Below the pieces are notes generated by a model. That model saw nothing but the letters and a program-made list of their open reading frames with translations. It did no database searches and had not been told where the DNA came from. A DNA stretch of 63,471 bases from a bacterium (GTDB taxonomy: Bacteria; Acidobacteriota; Blastocatellia; HR10), in the NCBI GenBank assembly GCA_041640655.1, contig JBEPZV010000009.1:1-63471 (forward strand). Reading direction: 5' to 3'. Positions within the stretch are counted from its first letter, which is position 1; the number at the start of each line of letters is the position of its first letter. Of the stretch, positions 12,365 to 24,100 are shown piece by piece. A program made the position numbers and the translations under genes.

Positions 12365-14893
12365 CTACCGCTCGGCGTCCATCTGCCGGAGGCGTTCGCG
12401 AAATTCGAGGGCCTTACGGGTGATGGCGCGCGGGCGCGGTCCATCGGCGGGCTCCACATATCCCTCGCGCTCCATCATATCAATGATCGAGGCCGCGCGC
12501 CCGTAGCCGATGCGTAAGCGGCGTTGCAGGACGGACGTGGAGGCGCGCCCCATCTCCACGACGATCTTGAGGGCCTCTTCGTACAACTCGTCGCGTTTCT
12601 CCCCACCCCCTTGCGCCGCCGCGTACTCCTTGTCCGACATGAGGACGGTCTCATCATAGTGAGGCTCGCCTTGCGCCTTGAGGAATTCGACCACGCGCTT
12701 GATCTCCGCCTCCTCGAGGAAAGCGCCGTGCACGCGCACCAGGCGCGACGAGCCCGGCGGCAGAAAGAGCATGTCCCCGCGTCCCAGGAGCGCTTCGGCT
12801 CCATTGGCGTCGAGGATCGTGCGCGAATCCACTTTCGAGGAGACGCGGAAGGCGATGCGGCAGGGGAAGTTCGCCTTGATGAGCCCCGTGATGACATCCA
12901 CCGAGGGGCGCTGCGTCGTCAGGACCAGATGCAGGCCGACAGCTCGCGCCATTTGCGCCAGGCGCGTGATCGCCGTCTCGACCTCGCTGGAGGCGACCAT
13001 CATCAGGTCGGCCAACTCATCAATGATGATGACGATGTAGGGGAGCGGGCGAATCGGCTCCCTGCTCTCGGACATCGCGCGCCGGTCGGAGAGGTCTCGC
13101 ACCTCGCGGTTGAATTGCTCGATATTGCGAACGCCGAAGCTCGCGAGCAACTTGTAGCGATTCTCCATCTCGGCGACGGCCCACTTCAGCGCGTACGCCG
13201 CGCGCTTCGGATCGGTGACGATGGGAGCCAGCAGATGAGGGATGCCATCGTAAAGCCCCAGCTCCAGGCGCTTCGGATCAATGAGGATGAACCGCACCTC
13301 CTCGGGCGTCGCCTTGAAGAGGATGGAGACGAGGATGCAGTTGACCGTCATGGATTTACCCGAGCCCGTCGCCCCCGCGATCAGCAGATGCGGCATCTTC
13401 GCCAGATCGCTGATGTACACTCCGCCGTCAATCGTCTTGCCCAGGGCGATCGTGAGGCGGGAGCGCGATTCCTGAAACTTCTTCGATTCGAGGATCTCGC
13501 GCAGACGGATCAACTCGCGATGTTTGTTGGGGACTTCAATGCCGATCGTGGATTTGCCCGGGATGCGATCAATCCGAATGGATTCGGCCTCCAGAGCGAG
13601 GCAGAGGTCTTCGACCAGGCTGACGATGCGGCTGTACTTGATCCCCGGATCCGGTTTGAACTCGAATGTCGTCACGACCGGGCCCGGGCTGATCTGGTGC
13701 ACGTGCCCCGTGATGCCGAACTCCTTGAACTTCTCGGCCAGCAGGACGGCCCGTTGCATCAGCTCCTCATGCGCCTGCTCGTGCGGGGGCGACGGCTCTC
13801 TGAGCATCTCCACCGCGGGGAGCGAGAAGTTCCCTTCCGGGCTGGGCGGCCTCGAGCGCTCAGCGGGGCTCGCCTTCTCCACTGGTTTGGTGGTTCGGAC
13901 CGAGGCCGTCGAGAGCATCTCGGCGATCGGGTCTGCAGGAGCCTGGCGCGCGGCTTCGCTCGAGGGACGCCATCGGGTCGGAGCTGGTGTCGGAGAAGGA
14001 CCGGCGCGTTCGATGATCTCTTCAACATCTACGGGTACGGGAGGGACGGGGCTGCGCGTCCGGGGAGTCACCTCCGTCTCGGCCTCCGCGAGCGAGAGAA
14101 CGGGTTCGGCTGCTCGCGCTCCTTCCCGACGGGCGGCCGCCACTGCCGGCGCGCGCGGGAGCTCGGAAGCAGTGGCCGTCGTCACCGTTTCGGTGAGATC
14201 GGACGCCTCAGCCGAGGCGATCTTCGGTCGAGGTGTGCTCGCCAGTTCTGCAGCAGCGCTCACGACTTCCTCTCGCTGCGGGCGCTCCCTGCTCTTTCGG
14301 AGACGCGCCGCGATGCTCCGCGCACCCCGCATCACGGCTCCTCCGGCAGCGATCAAGGAGAAGTTCCCCGCGGCCATGAGGGCGAGAATCGCGGTGACGC
14401 CGAGCACCAGGGCCGCTCCGACCGTGTTCAGAACGGCGACTAATTGCGCGGCCAGGAGAGCACCGAGCATCCCCCCGGGACGGACCGTGGGCCACAGGAC
14501 ATACGGCCGGGGAGAGAGCACGCTCAGCAATCCAGCTCCCGAGAGCAGGAAGCTCGCCCATCCCAAGCCCTTGGTCACGGGCGCCCGAAGCGGCCGACCA
14601 CGCAGCTTCGACCACGCCCAGGCGAACAGCAGCACCGGCAGCGCGAATGTGGTCAGCCCGAAGACTTGAAGGCAGAAGTCCGCCACATAGGCCCCCACGC
14701 GCCCGATCTTGTTGTGCACGATCGAACGGGAAGTGAGCACGTTCCAGGAGGGATCTTCCGGGTGATAGGAGAGCACGCTGAGCAGAAGGAGCACGCCACC
14801 GGCCAGCAGCAGGACGCCCAGGGCTTCATCCGCGCGCGAGCGCGATGGGTGATTCATGGGCGGATGAGAGGCGACCATGCGTGCGCTCGTCAA
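12365..14893 (-). CDS. ftsK: DNA translocase FtsK
   Basis: N-terminal 4TM domain, Pro/Ala linker, PHLLIAGATGSGKS, DELADLMM, QRPSVDVITGLIKAN, gamma domain LQRRLRIGYGRAA. Confidence 0.96.
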   Translation of the reverse strand: MTSARMVASHPPMNHPSRSRADEALGVLLLAGGVLLLLSVLSYHPEDPSWNVLTSRSIVHNKIGRVGAYVADFCLQVFGLTTFALPVLLFAWAWSKLRGRPLRAPVTKGLGWASFLLSGAGLLSVLSPRPYVLWPTVRPGGMLGALLAAQLVAVLNTVGAALVLGVTAILALMAAGNFSLIAAGGAVMRGARSIAARLRKSRERPQREEVVSAAAELASTPRPKIASAEASDLTETVTTATASELPRAPAVAAARREGARAAEPVLSLAEAETEVTPRTRSPVPPVPVDVEEIIERAGPSPTPAPTRWRPSSEAARQAPADPIAEMLSTASVRTTKPVEKASPAERSRPPSPEGNFSLPAVEMLREPSPPHEQAHEELMQRAVLLAEKFKEFGITGHVHQISPGPVVTTFEFKPDPGIKYSRIVSLVEDLCLALEAESIRIDRIPGKSTIGIEVPNKHRELIRLREILESKKFQESRSRLTIALGKTIDGGVYISDLAKMPHLLIAGATGSGKSMTVNCILVSILFKATPEEVRFILIDPKRLELGLYDGIPHLLAPIVTDPKRAAYALKWAVAEMENRYKLLASFGVRNIEQFNREVRDLSDRRAMSESREPIRPLPYIVIIIDELADLMMVASSEVETAITRLAQMARAVGLHLVLTTQRPSVDVITGLIKANFPCRIAFRVSSKVDSRTILDANGAEALLGRGDMLFLPPGSSRLVRVHGAFLEEAEIKRVVEFLKAQGEPHYDETVLMSDKEYAAAQGGGEKRDELYEEALKIVVEMGRASTSVLQRRLRIGYGRAASIIDMMEREGYVEPADGPRPRAITRKALEFRERLRQMDAER

Positions 14894-16015
14894 TTCGTCT
14901 TCGTCGCCGCCGGTTCGATCGCGCCCTTTCGCTTCGCGATCAGGTACTGGCGGATGAACTCGTCAATCTCGCCGTCCAGGACGGCATCCACGTCGCTCGT
15001 CTCATATCGCGTGCGCAGGTCCTTCACGAGCTTGTAAGGATGCAGGACATAGCTTCGGATTTGCGATCCGAAGCTGATCTCGCGTTTGTTCTGCTCCAGT
15101 TGCTGCCGTTCAGCCAGGCGCTTCTGTCGCTCGTGCTCGTAGAGCTTTGCGCGAAGGATCCGCATGGCCATCTCGCGATTCTGATGTTGCGAGCGCTGAT
15201 TCTGACAGGAGACGACGATCCCCGTTGGGATGTGCGTGATGCGCACGGCCGATTCCGTCTTGTTGACGTGTTGCCCACCAGCTCCTGAGGCGCGGAACGT
15301 CTCGATGCGCAGGTCCTTCTCATCAATCTCCACGACGATGTCCTCGTCCAGATCCGGATAGACGGAGACCGAGGCGAAGCTCGTCTCGCGGCTGTGAGCG
15401 ATGTTGAAGGGGGAGAGGCGCACGAGCCGATGCACGCCGGATTCCGCGCTCAAGTATCCGTAAGCGTACTCGCCCTCGACGCGGAACGTCGCCGATTTGA
15501 TCCCCGCCTCCTGGCCGGGTTGCAGATCGAGCAGTTCGGTCTTATAGCCGTGCTTCTCCGCCCACCGGAGATAGAGGCGCAGGAGCATCTCCGCCCAATC
15601 TTGGGCGTCTGTCCCCCCCGCTCCGGCCGTGATCGTCACGATGGCGTTGCCCGCGTCGTGCTCTCCCGACAGGAGCGCCTTCAGCTCCATCTCTGCGATC
15701 TCGGCCGCCACTCGGGACACCCGCTCGCGCAGCTCCTGCAGGAAGGCTTCGTCTTCTTGGGCGAGGTCCAGGAGGATCTCGATCTCCTCCAATTCGCGCT
15801 CCAGGCGCTCAACCGCCTCGATCTCGGATTCCACCCGATGCCGAGCGCGCAGCGTGTGCCCGGCGCGAGCCGGATCGTTCCAAAATTCCGGCTGCGCCAT
15901 CATCTCTTCAAGTCGCGCCAGCTCCTCTCGCTTCGCCTCGATGTCAAAGAAACCTCCTGAGTTCGAGCGTGCGCGACCTCAGCTCCTCATACTGTTGGCG
16001 AAATTCCTCGATCAT
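14890..16015 (-). CDS. prfB: Peptide chain release factor 2, expressed by programmed +1 frameshift
   Basis: GGQ, RLSPF; short first frame MIEEFRQQYEELRSRTLELRRFL ends at AGGAGG TTT CTT TGA C. Confidence 0.96.
15943..15958 (-). promoter_or_regulatory. RF2 +1 frameshift site
   Basis: Minus strand AGGAGG-TTT-CTT-TGA-C: internal SD plus slippery CUU-UGA. Confidence 0.95.
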
Positions 16016-16202
16016 CGGTTCATCACACCATGCCTTCTGGTTTGAATCCGACAATAGGGTAGCTTAAAATTGGCCTTTCCGCAACGAGTTTGTTCACATG
16101 GAGGGAAGGATCAGCGAGAACGGAAGGCAGCAGCTCACGGGGGGCGTGTTCGGCCCGAGACCGCATTCGGGGTGAACCGAGCCTCCCGAAGGGGGAAGGA
16201 GC

Positions 16203-16745
16203 ATGCGGCGAGCCATTTATCCGGGATCATTCGATCCCATCACCAATGGTCACCTGGATCTGATCGAGCGGGCCGCGCGGCTCTTCGATGAGGTGATCGT
16301 CGCCGTGCTCGTCAATCCGGCGAAGACACCGCTCTTCACGGCGGAGGAGCGCGTGGAGATGATCCGTGCGGTCGTGCGCTCCCCTCAGGTCCGCGTGGAC
16401 ACGTTCGATGGTCTGCTCATCGAATACGCGCGGAAGGTCGAGGCGCGAGTCATCATCCGAGGGATTCGCGCGATCTCCGACTACGAGTATGAGTTCCAGA
16501 TGGCCCTCATGAACCGGCGGCTCGATCCCACGATTGAGACGATCTTCATGATGCCCGCCGAGCCCTATACGTACCTCAGCTCCCGCCTGGTGAAGGAGGT
16601 GTGCGCCTTGGGGGGAGACATCGCCGGTGTCGTCCCTCCCATTGTCGAGCGGAAGATGCGGGAGAAGCTCTTGGCCAAGAGGGATGCGGGTCGCAATTCC
16701 CTATGCGTCAGAGGGGATGAGGATGACACAGGAACGCGCTCTTGA
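16203..16745 (+). CDS. coaD: Phosphopantetheine adenylyltransferase
   Basis: [36 protein letters not shown]. Confidence 0.96.
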   Translation: MRRAIYPGSFDPITNGHLDLIERAARLFDEVIVAVLVNPAKTPLFTAEERVEMIRAVVRSPQVRVDTFDGLLIEYARKVEARVIIRGIRAISDYEYEFQMALMNRRLDPTIETIFMMPAEPYTYLSSRLVKEVCALGGDIAGVVPPIVERKMREKLLAKRDAGRNSLCVRGDEDDTGTRS

Positions 16746-17934
16746 TGAACGGGGTTTCCCGGCAGCCGAACGCGTGCGCCTCATGGAAGCGTCTTCTACG
16801 ATGGCCGTCCTGCAAGCGGCGGAACGGTTGCGCGCCGCTGGCCTGCGCGTGCTCGATCTTGGAGCGGGGGAGCCGGATTTCCCCACGCCCGAGCACATCA
16901 AGGAGGCCGCGCGTCGCGCCCTGGCGGAGGATTTCACGCGCTATACGCCGGCGGCCGGCATCGCCGAGCTGCGCGCCGCCATCGCTCGGTTTTTGAACGA
17001 GCGCTTCGGTTCGACCTATACGCCCGGACAGGTCATCGTGACGGCCGGAGGCAAGCAGGCGATCTTCAACGCCGTGGTGACCTTGATCGAGCCGGGGGAC
17101 GAGGTTTTGATCCCCGCCCCATATTGGGTGACGTTCCCGCAGGTCGTCACTTTCGCCGGTGGGCGCAGCCGCTTCATTCCGACGGAGGAGAACGACTTCC
17201 GGCTCACGGCAGAGATGGTGAGCGCGGCGGTGACGCCGAGGACGAAACTGCTCATCCTCAATTCGCCGTGCAATCCCACGGGGCGCGTCATCTCACCCGG
17301 CGAGTTCCAGCGCATCGTCGAGTGGGCCGTTGAGCGCGGACTCTACGTCATCTCCGATGAGTGTTATCGCGAATTCGTCTACCCCCCTCATGAATCGTTC
17401 TCGGCAGCGGCCCTGCCGGAGGCACTGCGCGCGCGTGTGCTCATCGTCGGCTCGTTCTCCAAAACCTACGCGATGACGGGATGGCGCATCGGTTACGCCG
17501 TCGGTCCGGAAGCGTGGGTTCGGGAGATGATCAAGGTCCAGAGCCACTCCACGTCGAATCCGACCTCGATCGCCCAGAAGGCGGCTTTGGAAGCGCTCAC
17601 CGGGCCTCAGGAATCGGTGGTGCGGATGCTGCAGGAGTATCAGCGACGGCGCGAGTTTCTGCTGGCGGCGCTCAACCGGATTCCGGGCATTCGATGTGTG
17701 GAGCCCGAAGGGGCCTTTTACGTCTTCCCCGACGTTCGGGAGCTGATGCGGGCGCGCGATATCCCGGCATCGAAGGACCTGGAAGTGCGTCTGCTTGAAG
17801 AGTGTCAGATCGCGCTCACGGCCGGATCGGCCTTCGGCGCGGAAGGATATGTGCGCATCTCTTACGCGGCATCTCGGGAGGTCCTCCAGGAAGCTGTCGC
17901 GCGACTGGACCAATTCGCCCGCGCCGGCAGGTGA
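16723..17934 (+). CDS. PLP-dependent class I/II (aspartate-like) aminotransferase
   Basis: [36 protein letters not shown]; start 16717 or 16723. Confidence 0.92.
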   Translation: MTQERALDERGFPAAERVRLMEASSTMAVLQAAERLRAAGLRVLDLGAGEPDFPTPEHIKEAARRALAEDFTRYTPAAGIAELRAAIARFLNERFGSTYTPGQVIVTAGGKQAIFNAVVTLIEPGDEVLIPAPYWVTFPQVVTFAGGRSRFIPTEENDFRLTAEMVSAAVTPRTKLLILNSPCNPTGRVISPGEFQRIVEWAVERGLYVISDECYREFVYPPHESFSAAALPEALRARVLIVGSFSKTYAMTGWRIGYAVGPEAWVREMIKVQSHSTSNPTSIAQKAALEALTGPQESVVRMLQEYQRRREFLLAALNRIPGIRCVEPEGAFYVFPDVRELMRARDIPASKDLEVRLLEECQIALTAGSAFGAEGYVRISYAASREVLQEAVARLDQFARAGR

Positions 17935-18028
17935 GCCGAAGATCTAGAGAGGCTGTGCTCCTGTGTGGCATATTGCTGCCCTCGCTTCCGTGGAATCAGC
18001 GTGATACACTGAGGAGGGGGGAAAAGTC

Positions 18029-19327
18029 ATGGCCTTCACGGTGAATGACTTCTCGGATCTGATTCGCCTTCTGGCGCAGCATCCGGAGTGGCAGGCCGAA
18101 TTGCGCCGTTTGATCTTAACGGAAGACCTCTTGAGATTGCCGGCCATCGTTCAGGAATTGGCGGAGGCGCAGCGGCGGACGGAGGAGCAGGTGAGGGAGT
18201 TGACGGCTGCGGTCGCGCGGTTAGAAGCGGCGGTGGAGCAGTTGGCGCAGGCGCAGCGGCGGGCGGAGGAGCGGATAGGTCGGTTGGAAGCCGTGGTCGA
18301 GGAGCTGGCGCAGGCGCAGCGGCGGACCGAAGAGCGAGTGGGGCAGTTGGAGGATCGGGTGGGGCGGTTGGAAGCTGTGGTAGGGGAGTTGGTGGAAGCG
18401 CAGCGGCGGACGGAGGAGCAGGTGAGGGAGTTGACGGCTGCGGTCGCACGGTTAGAAGCGGCGGTGGAGCAGTTGGCGCAGGCGCAGCGGCGGGCGGAGG
18501 AGCGGATAGGCCGGTTGGAAGCGGTGGTCGAGGAGCTGGCGCAGGCGCAGCGGCGGGCGGAGGAGCGGATAGGCCGGTTGGAAGCGGTGGTTGAGGAGCT
18601 GGCGCAGGCGCAGCGGCGGGCGGAGGAGCGGATAGGCCGGTTGGAAGCGGTGGTTGAGGAGCTGGCGCAGGCGCAGCGGCGGGCGGAGGAGCGGATAGGC
18701 CGGTTGGAAGCCGTGGTCGAGGAGCTGGCGCAGGCGCAGCGGCGGGCGGAGGAGCGGATAGGCCGGTTGGAAGCCGTGGTCGAGGAGCTGGCGCAGGCGC
18801 ATCGGCAGGCGGAGGAACGACTCAGTCGTTTGGAAGCCGCAGTGAGGGAATTGGCGGAGGCGCAGCGGCGGACCGAAGAGCGCATGGAGATTGCGATTCA
18901 GGAGATGGGACGATTTCAGAATGCTCTCGGGGCGACCATCGAGGAGGAAGCCGAGAGTGTGCTCCTGACGGTGCTTGAGGAGAAGGGGTATCGTCCTCTC
19001 GCCGAACCCACGGTACTCTCCCTGGACGGAGAGATTGATGTCGTCGTCCCTATTCAGGATCAGACCGGGGCGACTCTCTGGGCGATCGTGGAGGTCAAGA
19101 CGCGGTTGAGTCGTCGGGTTGTGCACGATTGGGCGCAGCGGATGCGATCTGCCGGATGGCAGGAGCGACTGCGTGCTGCCGGAGTTCCGGGGCCCTATCT
19201 GGTCTACGTCTTCGGCATTCGGATTGATCAGCATACGGTCGCGGCGGTTCAGGAACAGGGCATCGGCTTGCTGACGGGGCGGGGAGAGCGCATCCCACCC
19301 CGCGAGATTCTCATCCCCCAGTCCTGA
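18029..19327 (+). CDS. Long coiled-coil repeat protein with C-terminal PD-(D/E)xK nuclease-like domain
   Basis: 21/28-aa heptad repeats, then E..GEIDVVV...IVEVKT; GAGGAGG RBS. Confidence 0.8.
   Translation: MAFTVNDFSDLIRLLAQHPEWQAELRRLILTEDLLRLPAIVQELAEAQRRTEEQVRELTAAVARLEAAVEQLAQAQRRAEERIGRLEAVVEELAQAQRRTEERVGQLEDRVGRLEAVVGELVEAQRRTEEQVRELTAAVARLEAAVEQLAQAQRRAEERIGRLEAVVEELAQAQRRAEERIGRLEAVVEELAQAQRRAEERIGRLEAVVEELAQAQRRAEERIGRLEAVVEELAQAQRRAEERIGRLEAVVEELAQAHRQAEERLSRLEAAVRELAEAQRRTEERMEIAIQEMGRFQNALGATIEEEAESVLLTVLEEKGYRPLAEPTVLSLDGEIDVVVPIQDQTGATLWAIVEVKTRLSRRVVHDWAQRMRSAGWQERLRAAGVPGPYLVYVFGIRIDQHTVAAVQEQGIGLLTGRGERIPPREILIPQS
18494..18808 (+). repeat. Five tandem 63-bp units inside a larger degenerate array (~18157-18880)
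   Basis: Unit encodes [21 protein letters not shown]; near-identical DNA copies. Confidence 0.95.
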
Positions 19328-19427
19328 AAGCATACCCGCGTGTGAAGCTCGCCGCCTTGCCTTTTCAGCAGGATTCGTGTATCACTGCACGGCTGAGGTG
19401 GGCGACTCTACCAGAGGGAGAGGGACT

Positions 19428-20993
19428 ATGAGGCGTCACGTAGCGGCGTTCCTCTTTGTGCTTCTTGCCATCCCTCCGCTCGTTCACGCCGAAGAGCCGG
19501 TGGATTGGCAGGCGATCGCGCGGATCAAGCAGGAGGGGTTTGGGAATTCTCGGGTCATGGAGATCGCGAGCTATCTGACCGACGTCTATGGTCCGCGCCT
19601 GACCGGATCCCCGAACCTGAGAGCCGCGAGCGAGTGGGCGCGCGACCGGTTCAAAGAGTGGGGGCTCGCCAACGCGCGGTTGGAGCCGTGGGGAACCTTC
19701 GGGCGAGGGTGGTCGGTCGAGCGCTTCTCCATCGAGATGCTCGAGCCGCAGTACATGCCGATCATCGCGTATCCGAAGGCCTGGACGCCGGGGACGAACG
19801 GGCCGGTCACGGGTCAACCGGTAGTCGTCACGTTGCGCTCGGAGGAGGATTTCGCCGCATACACAGGGAAGCTCAAGGGAGCCATCGTCATGCTGCAGCC
19901 GCCGCGTCAAGCGGTCACGCGGTTTGAGCCCGATGCGCGGCGCCATAGCGAGGAGGACCTGAAGCGTCTGGCACAGGCTCCGGAGCCGGGCGCGCGCTCC
20001 CCGATGGAGGCGCAGCGCGAGGAGCTGCGTGCGCAGCGCGCCCTGCAGGAGAAGATCGCGCGCTTCCTCCGCGAAGAGGGCGTGGCCGTCGTCCTGGAAC
20101 CGAGTCGCGGCGAGCACGGCACGATCTTCGTCACCGGTGGCGGATCCTATCGGGCGAACGCTGAGCCGACCGTCCCCTGGATGGTCGTCGCGATCGAGCA
20201 CTATGCGCGCATCGCGCGATTGTTGGAGAAGAAGATCCCCGTGAGACTGGAGGTCAACATTCGGACCCGATTCCATGACGAAGACCTGCAGGGGTATAAC
20301 GTGCTGGCGGAAATCCCGGGCGTGGATCCGAAGCTGAAGGACGAGATCGTCATGTTGGGCGCTCATCTGGATTCCTGGCATGCGGGTACGGGAGCGACCG
20401 ACAATGCTGCCGGATCGGCCGTTGTCATGGAGGCCGTGCGCATCCTCAAAGCCATCGGCATCCAACCGCGGCGCACGATTCGCGTCGCCCTCTGGACCGG
20501 TGAAGAGCAAGGCCTGCTCGGTTCGCGGGCATATGTGGAGAAGTATTTCGGCAATCCGCGGACGATGGAGCTCAAGCCGGACCATGCGAAGATCTCCGCC
20601 TACTTCAACCTCGATAACGGGACGGGTCGTATTCGCGGCATCTATTTGCAGGGCAATGATGCCGTGCGGCCGATCTTCGAGGCCTGGCTGCGTCCGTTTC
20701 ACGATCTGGGGGCGACGACGGTGACGATCCGTGGCACAGGCGGCACCGATCATCTCGCCTTCGACGCCGTGGGGATTCCGGCCTTTCAGTTCATCCAGGA
20801 CCCGATTGACTACAGCACGCGCACGCATCACACGAACATGGATGTCTACGATCGGCTCCTGCCGGGCGACCTGATGCAAGCGGCTGTGATCATGGCCTCA
20901 TTCGTGTACCATGCGGCCATGCGCGAGGAGAAGCTGCCGCGCAAGCCCCTGCCGAAGCCGCAGCCGGGGCCGCCCGTCCCTCAGGAGGAGTGA
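19428..20993 (+). CDS. Secreted M28-family metallopeptidase (carboxypeptidase Q-like)
   Basis: Signal peptide, GPRLTGS, GAHLDSW, ATDNAAG, GEEQGLLGS, GTDH, THHTNMD. Confidence 0.92.
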   Translation: MRRHVAAFLFVLLAIPPLVHAEEPVDWQAIARIKQEGFGNSRVMEIASYLTDVYGPRLTGSPNLRAASEWARDRFKEWGLANARLEPWGTFGRGWSVERFSIEMLEPQYMPIIAYPKAWTPGTNGPVTGQPVVVTLRSEEDFAAYTGKLKGAIVMLQPPRQAVTRFEPDARRHSEEDLKRLAQAPEPGARSPMEAQREELRAQRALQEKIARFLREEGVAVVLEPSRGEHGTIFVTGGGSYRANAEPTVPWMVVAIEHYARIARLLEKKIPVRLEVNIRTRFHDEDLQGYNVLAEIPGVDPKLKDEIVMLGAHLDSWHAGTGATDNAAGSAVVMEAVRILKAIGIQPRRTIRVALWTGEEQGLLGSRAYVEKYFGNPRTMELKPDHAKISAYFNLDNGTGRIRGIYLQGNDAVRPIFEAWLRPFHDLGATTVTIRGTGGTDHLAFDAVGIPAFQFIQDPIDYSTRTHHTNMDVYDRLLPGDLMQAAVIMASFVYHAAMREEKLPRKPLPKPQPGPPVPQEE

Positions 20994-21112
20994 AGAGGAG
21001 GCGAGCGCCTCATGTAGAGTGCATGTGGCGCTCGCGGTCCGCGCTGGCTCGGGTGAGGAGACGGACGAGATCCGCGCGTGCGCTCGCCATCTTCCGGCGT
21101 GCGCGGAGCGCG

Positions 21113-24100
21113 TCACGCGTCCAGGGCTTCCCGAACAGCTCGGGCCAGCTCCCGACGCTCGTAGGGCTTTTGGATGACGCCCAGAGCTCCCTGCGCAAGC
21201 AGTTCGGCCGCGACGTGCTCCGGGCTGTAGCCGGTGATGAGTAAGATCTTCGCCTGCGGATTGATCCGCCGCAGTTGGTGGAACGTCTCATGCCCGCTCA
21301 TGCGCGGCATGACGACATCAAGCAGGATCAGATCAATCTGCGAGTGCCAGGCGGCGTACAGGGCTACCCCCTCCTGACCGTCGCGCGCCGTGAGCACGTG
21401 ATAGCCGAGGGAGTGCAGCATCTCTCGTCCGAGCTCCAGAACGACCGCCTCGTCCTCGATGAGCAGGATCGTCTCCGTTCCACCGCGAATCTCTTCTTGG
21501 CCAGGCGCTTCACTCGGTTCCGGTCTCGTCGGGAGGGCGGGCAGGTAGAGATGGAAGCGGGTTCCGCGACCCACTTCGCTCTCGACGTCAATCCACCCCC
21601 CATGCGCTTTCACGATCCCATAGGCGACGGAGAGGCCGAGGCCCGTCCCCCGGCCGACCTCTTTCGTGGTGAAGAATGGTTCGAAGATGCGCGGCAGGAT
21701 ATGGGCGGGGATGCCATGTCCGGTGTCACTGATCGTCAGCCGCACGAAACGTCCCGGTTGGGCGTGCGGAGCACCGGGTGTCTCCACATCCACGAGCCGG
21801 GCCGCGATGCGCAGCCGCCCACCACCAGGCATGGCATCGCGCGCGTTGATGGCGATGTTGAGGAGCACTTGCTCAAGCTGAGTCGGATTGGCCGCGACGA
21901 TGAGCGCTTCGGACGGAAGATCCAACTCGATCTCGATGTTCTCCGGCAGCGTGCGCCCGAGCAACGCGACGACGTCGCCGAGGAACGCGTGGAGATCGCG
22001 CGCCTCTTTCTCGCCCGTGGAGGGGCGACTGAAGAGCAGAAGCTGCCGCACCAGATCGCGCGCTCGCGCGCCGAGTGAGAGGATGTGACGGAGATATTCG
22101 GCGGCGCCGTGCTGCGGGCCTAATTCCATGAGGGCCAGTTCGGCGAATCCGACCATGCCGGTGAGGATGTTATTGAAATCATGCGCCACCCCTCCGGCGA
22201 GCGTGCCCACCGATTCCATCTTCTGCGCGTGATAGAGCTGCTCTTGTAGTTTCAGCCGGGCTTCCTCCTCGCGCAGCCGTTCCAGCTCAACACCTACGCG
22301 TTGGCCAATGATCTGCAGCAGATGCGCATCGGCCTCGGTGAACGTCCGCGGGGATTTCCCGAAGGCGTTGATCACCCCGAGGACCTCCCCGCTGCCGGCG
22401 AGAATCGGCGCGCCGATATAGGATTCGATGCGGAGGGCCGCCAGGATCTCATCCTCCGGGAACATCTCCCAAGCGCGTGGCGAGCACGCGCACCATACGG
22501 CCTGATTCATGACGTCCTCGCACGGGGTGCCGCGAAGGGCGTAGGAGAAGTCGCGTCGCAATTCCCCCTCGCTGTAGAAGGCCAGGGCGCGCACACGCGC
22601 GCCTCCGTCCTCCAGGACGCCAAGCAGTGCGTATTCGACATTGAAGAGCTGGGCGAGCACCTGAGCCGCACGATCGAACAGCTCCTGGCCCCGGAACCGC
22701 GTGACGATATCATGGACGTGCGCCAAGCGTTCTCGAGCGCGCCGCTCTTCAGTCACGTCGCGCAAGGTGACGACCAAATCGGCGCCCTCTTCTTCTGAGG
22801 CGCCCAGGCGCACCAGACCTTGAACGTATCGTACTGCTCCATCTCTCGCCAGGAGACGGCCTTCGTAGCGGACGGACGCCGGTTGTCCGCGTCGCTGCAG
22901 CTCGCACAGCGCTTCGGCCGAAGGCCGATCCTCCGGGTGGATCAGGATGCTGACCGATTCCCCCACGAGTTCCTCGGGCGCGTAGCCGAGGACCTGTCGC
23001 ACCGCCGGATTGACGTAGGTGATCCTCCCCTCGCGATCGAGCGCCATCACCACATCGGTGACCGATTCGACCAGGTGCTGGTATCGTTGTCGCGAACGGC
23101 GCAGCGCTTCTTCCGCGCGCTTGCGCTCGATGATCACCGCGATGTGGTTCCCCACGGAGGCGAGGAATTCCAGATCGTGGTCCGTATACGCCTGTTCATC
23201 CTCATAATCCTGGACAACCAGTACCCCGATCGTCTCCCTCGGCGTGCGCAAGGGCACGCCCAACCAACAGGCCGAGGGCGTCCCCACCAGTTCGATCTCG
23301 CCCTGCTCGATCAATTGTCGGCACCGCTCCCGCGTGAGCCGTTGTGGCCGCCCGGTCCGAAAGACGTAGGCCGTGGCCGTCTTCTCCAGACGCAGGGGCG
23401 GAGGCGGAGGATCGTACTGATCCACGAAATAGGGGAAGTGGAAGTATCCGGTCGCCGCATCATAGAGCGCGATGAAACAGTTCTCCGCCGGGATCACCCT
23501 TTTCAAGGTGCGATGGATCAGAGGGAACAACTCATCGAGCTCGGCGATCGTCGTGGCTCCCTGCGTGATCTCCAACATCGCCTCGCGCTCGGCCTCCGCG
23601 CGCTTCTGCTCGGTGATGTCCACGAGCCCACCTTCGTAATAGAGCACGCGCCCTCGCTCATCCCGAACGACGCGCGCGACATCATGCACCCACAGCATCC
23701 GTCCCGTGCGCGTCCGAACCAGATGTTCGTGTTCGAGAATCCCCTGCTGCTCGAGTTGCCGTCGCCACTGCTCGCGCTCGTGCGGGTGAGCCCAGATCTC
23801 ATGAGCGGGAACGGCCAAGAGCGCCTCCACGTTCGGGTACTCCAGGAGTCGCGCCAGCGTGGGATTCGCCATCAGGACTCGCCCATCCGGCGTGCTGCGA
23901 TAGATCCCGATGATGGTGCTCTCGAAGATGTTTCGGTACTTCGCCTCGGATCGGGCGATCTCTTCGTACAGGCGCGCGCTTTGGATGACCCGAGCAGCTT
24001 GATGAGCGAAGATGCTGAGCAGGTGCGCGTCTTCGGGGGTGAACCCCTCGGGCTTATCCATGGCGTAGATGACGCCCACGGTCTGTCCTTCGGCGAGCAT

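Noticed and set aside
18157..18880. Possible CRISPR array
   Set aside because: Repeats are contiguous, in-frame and coding, with no unique spacers and no cas genes
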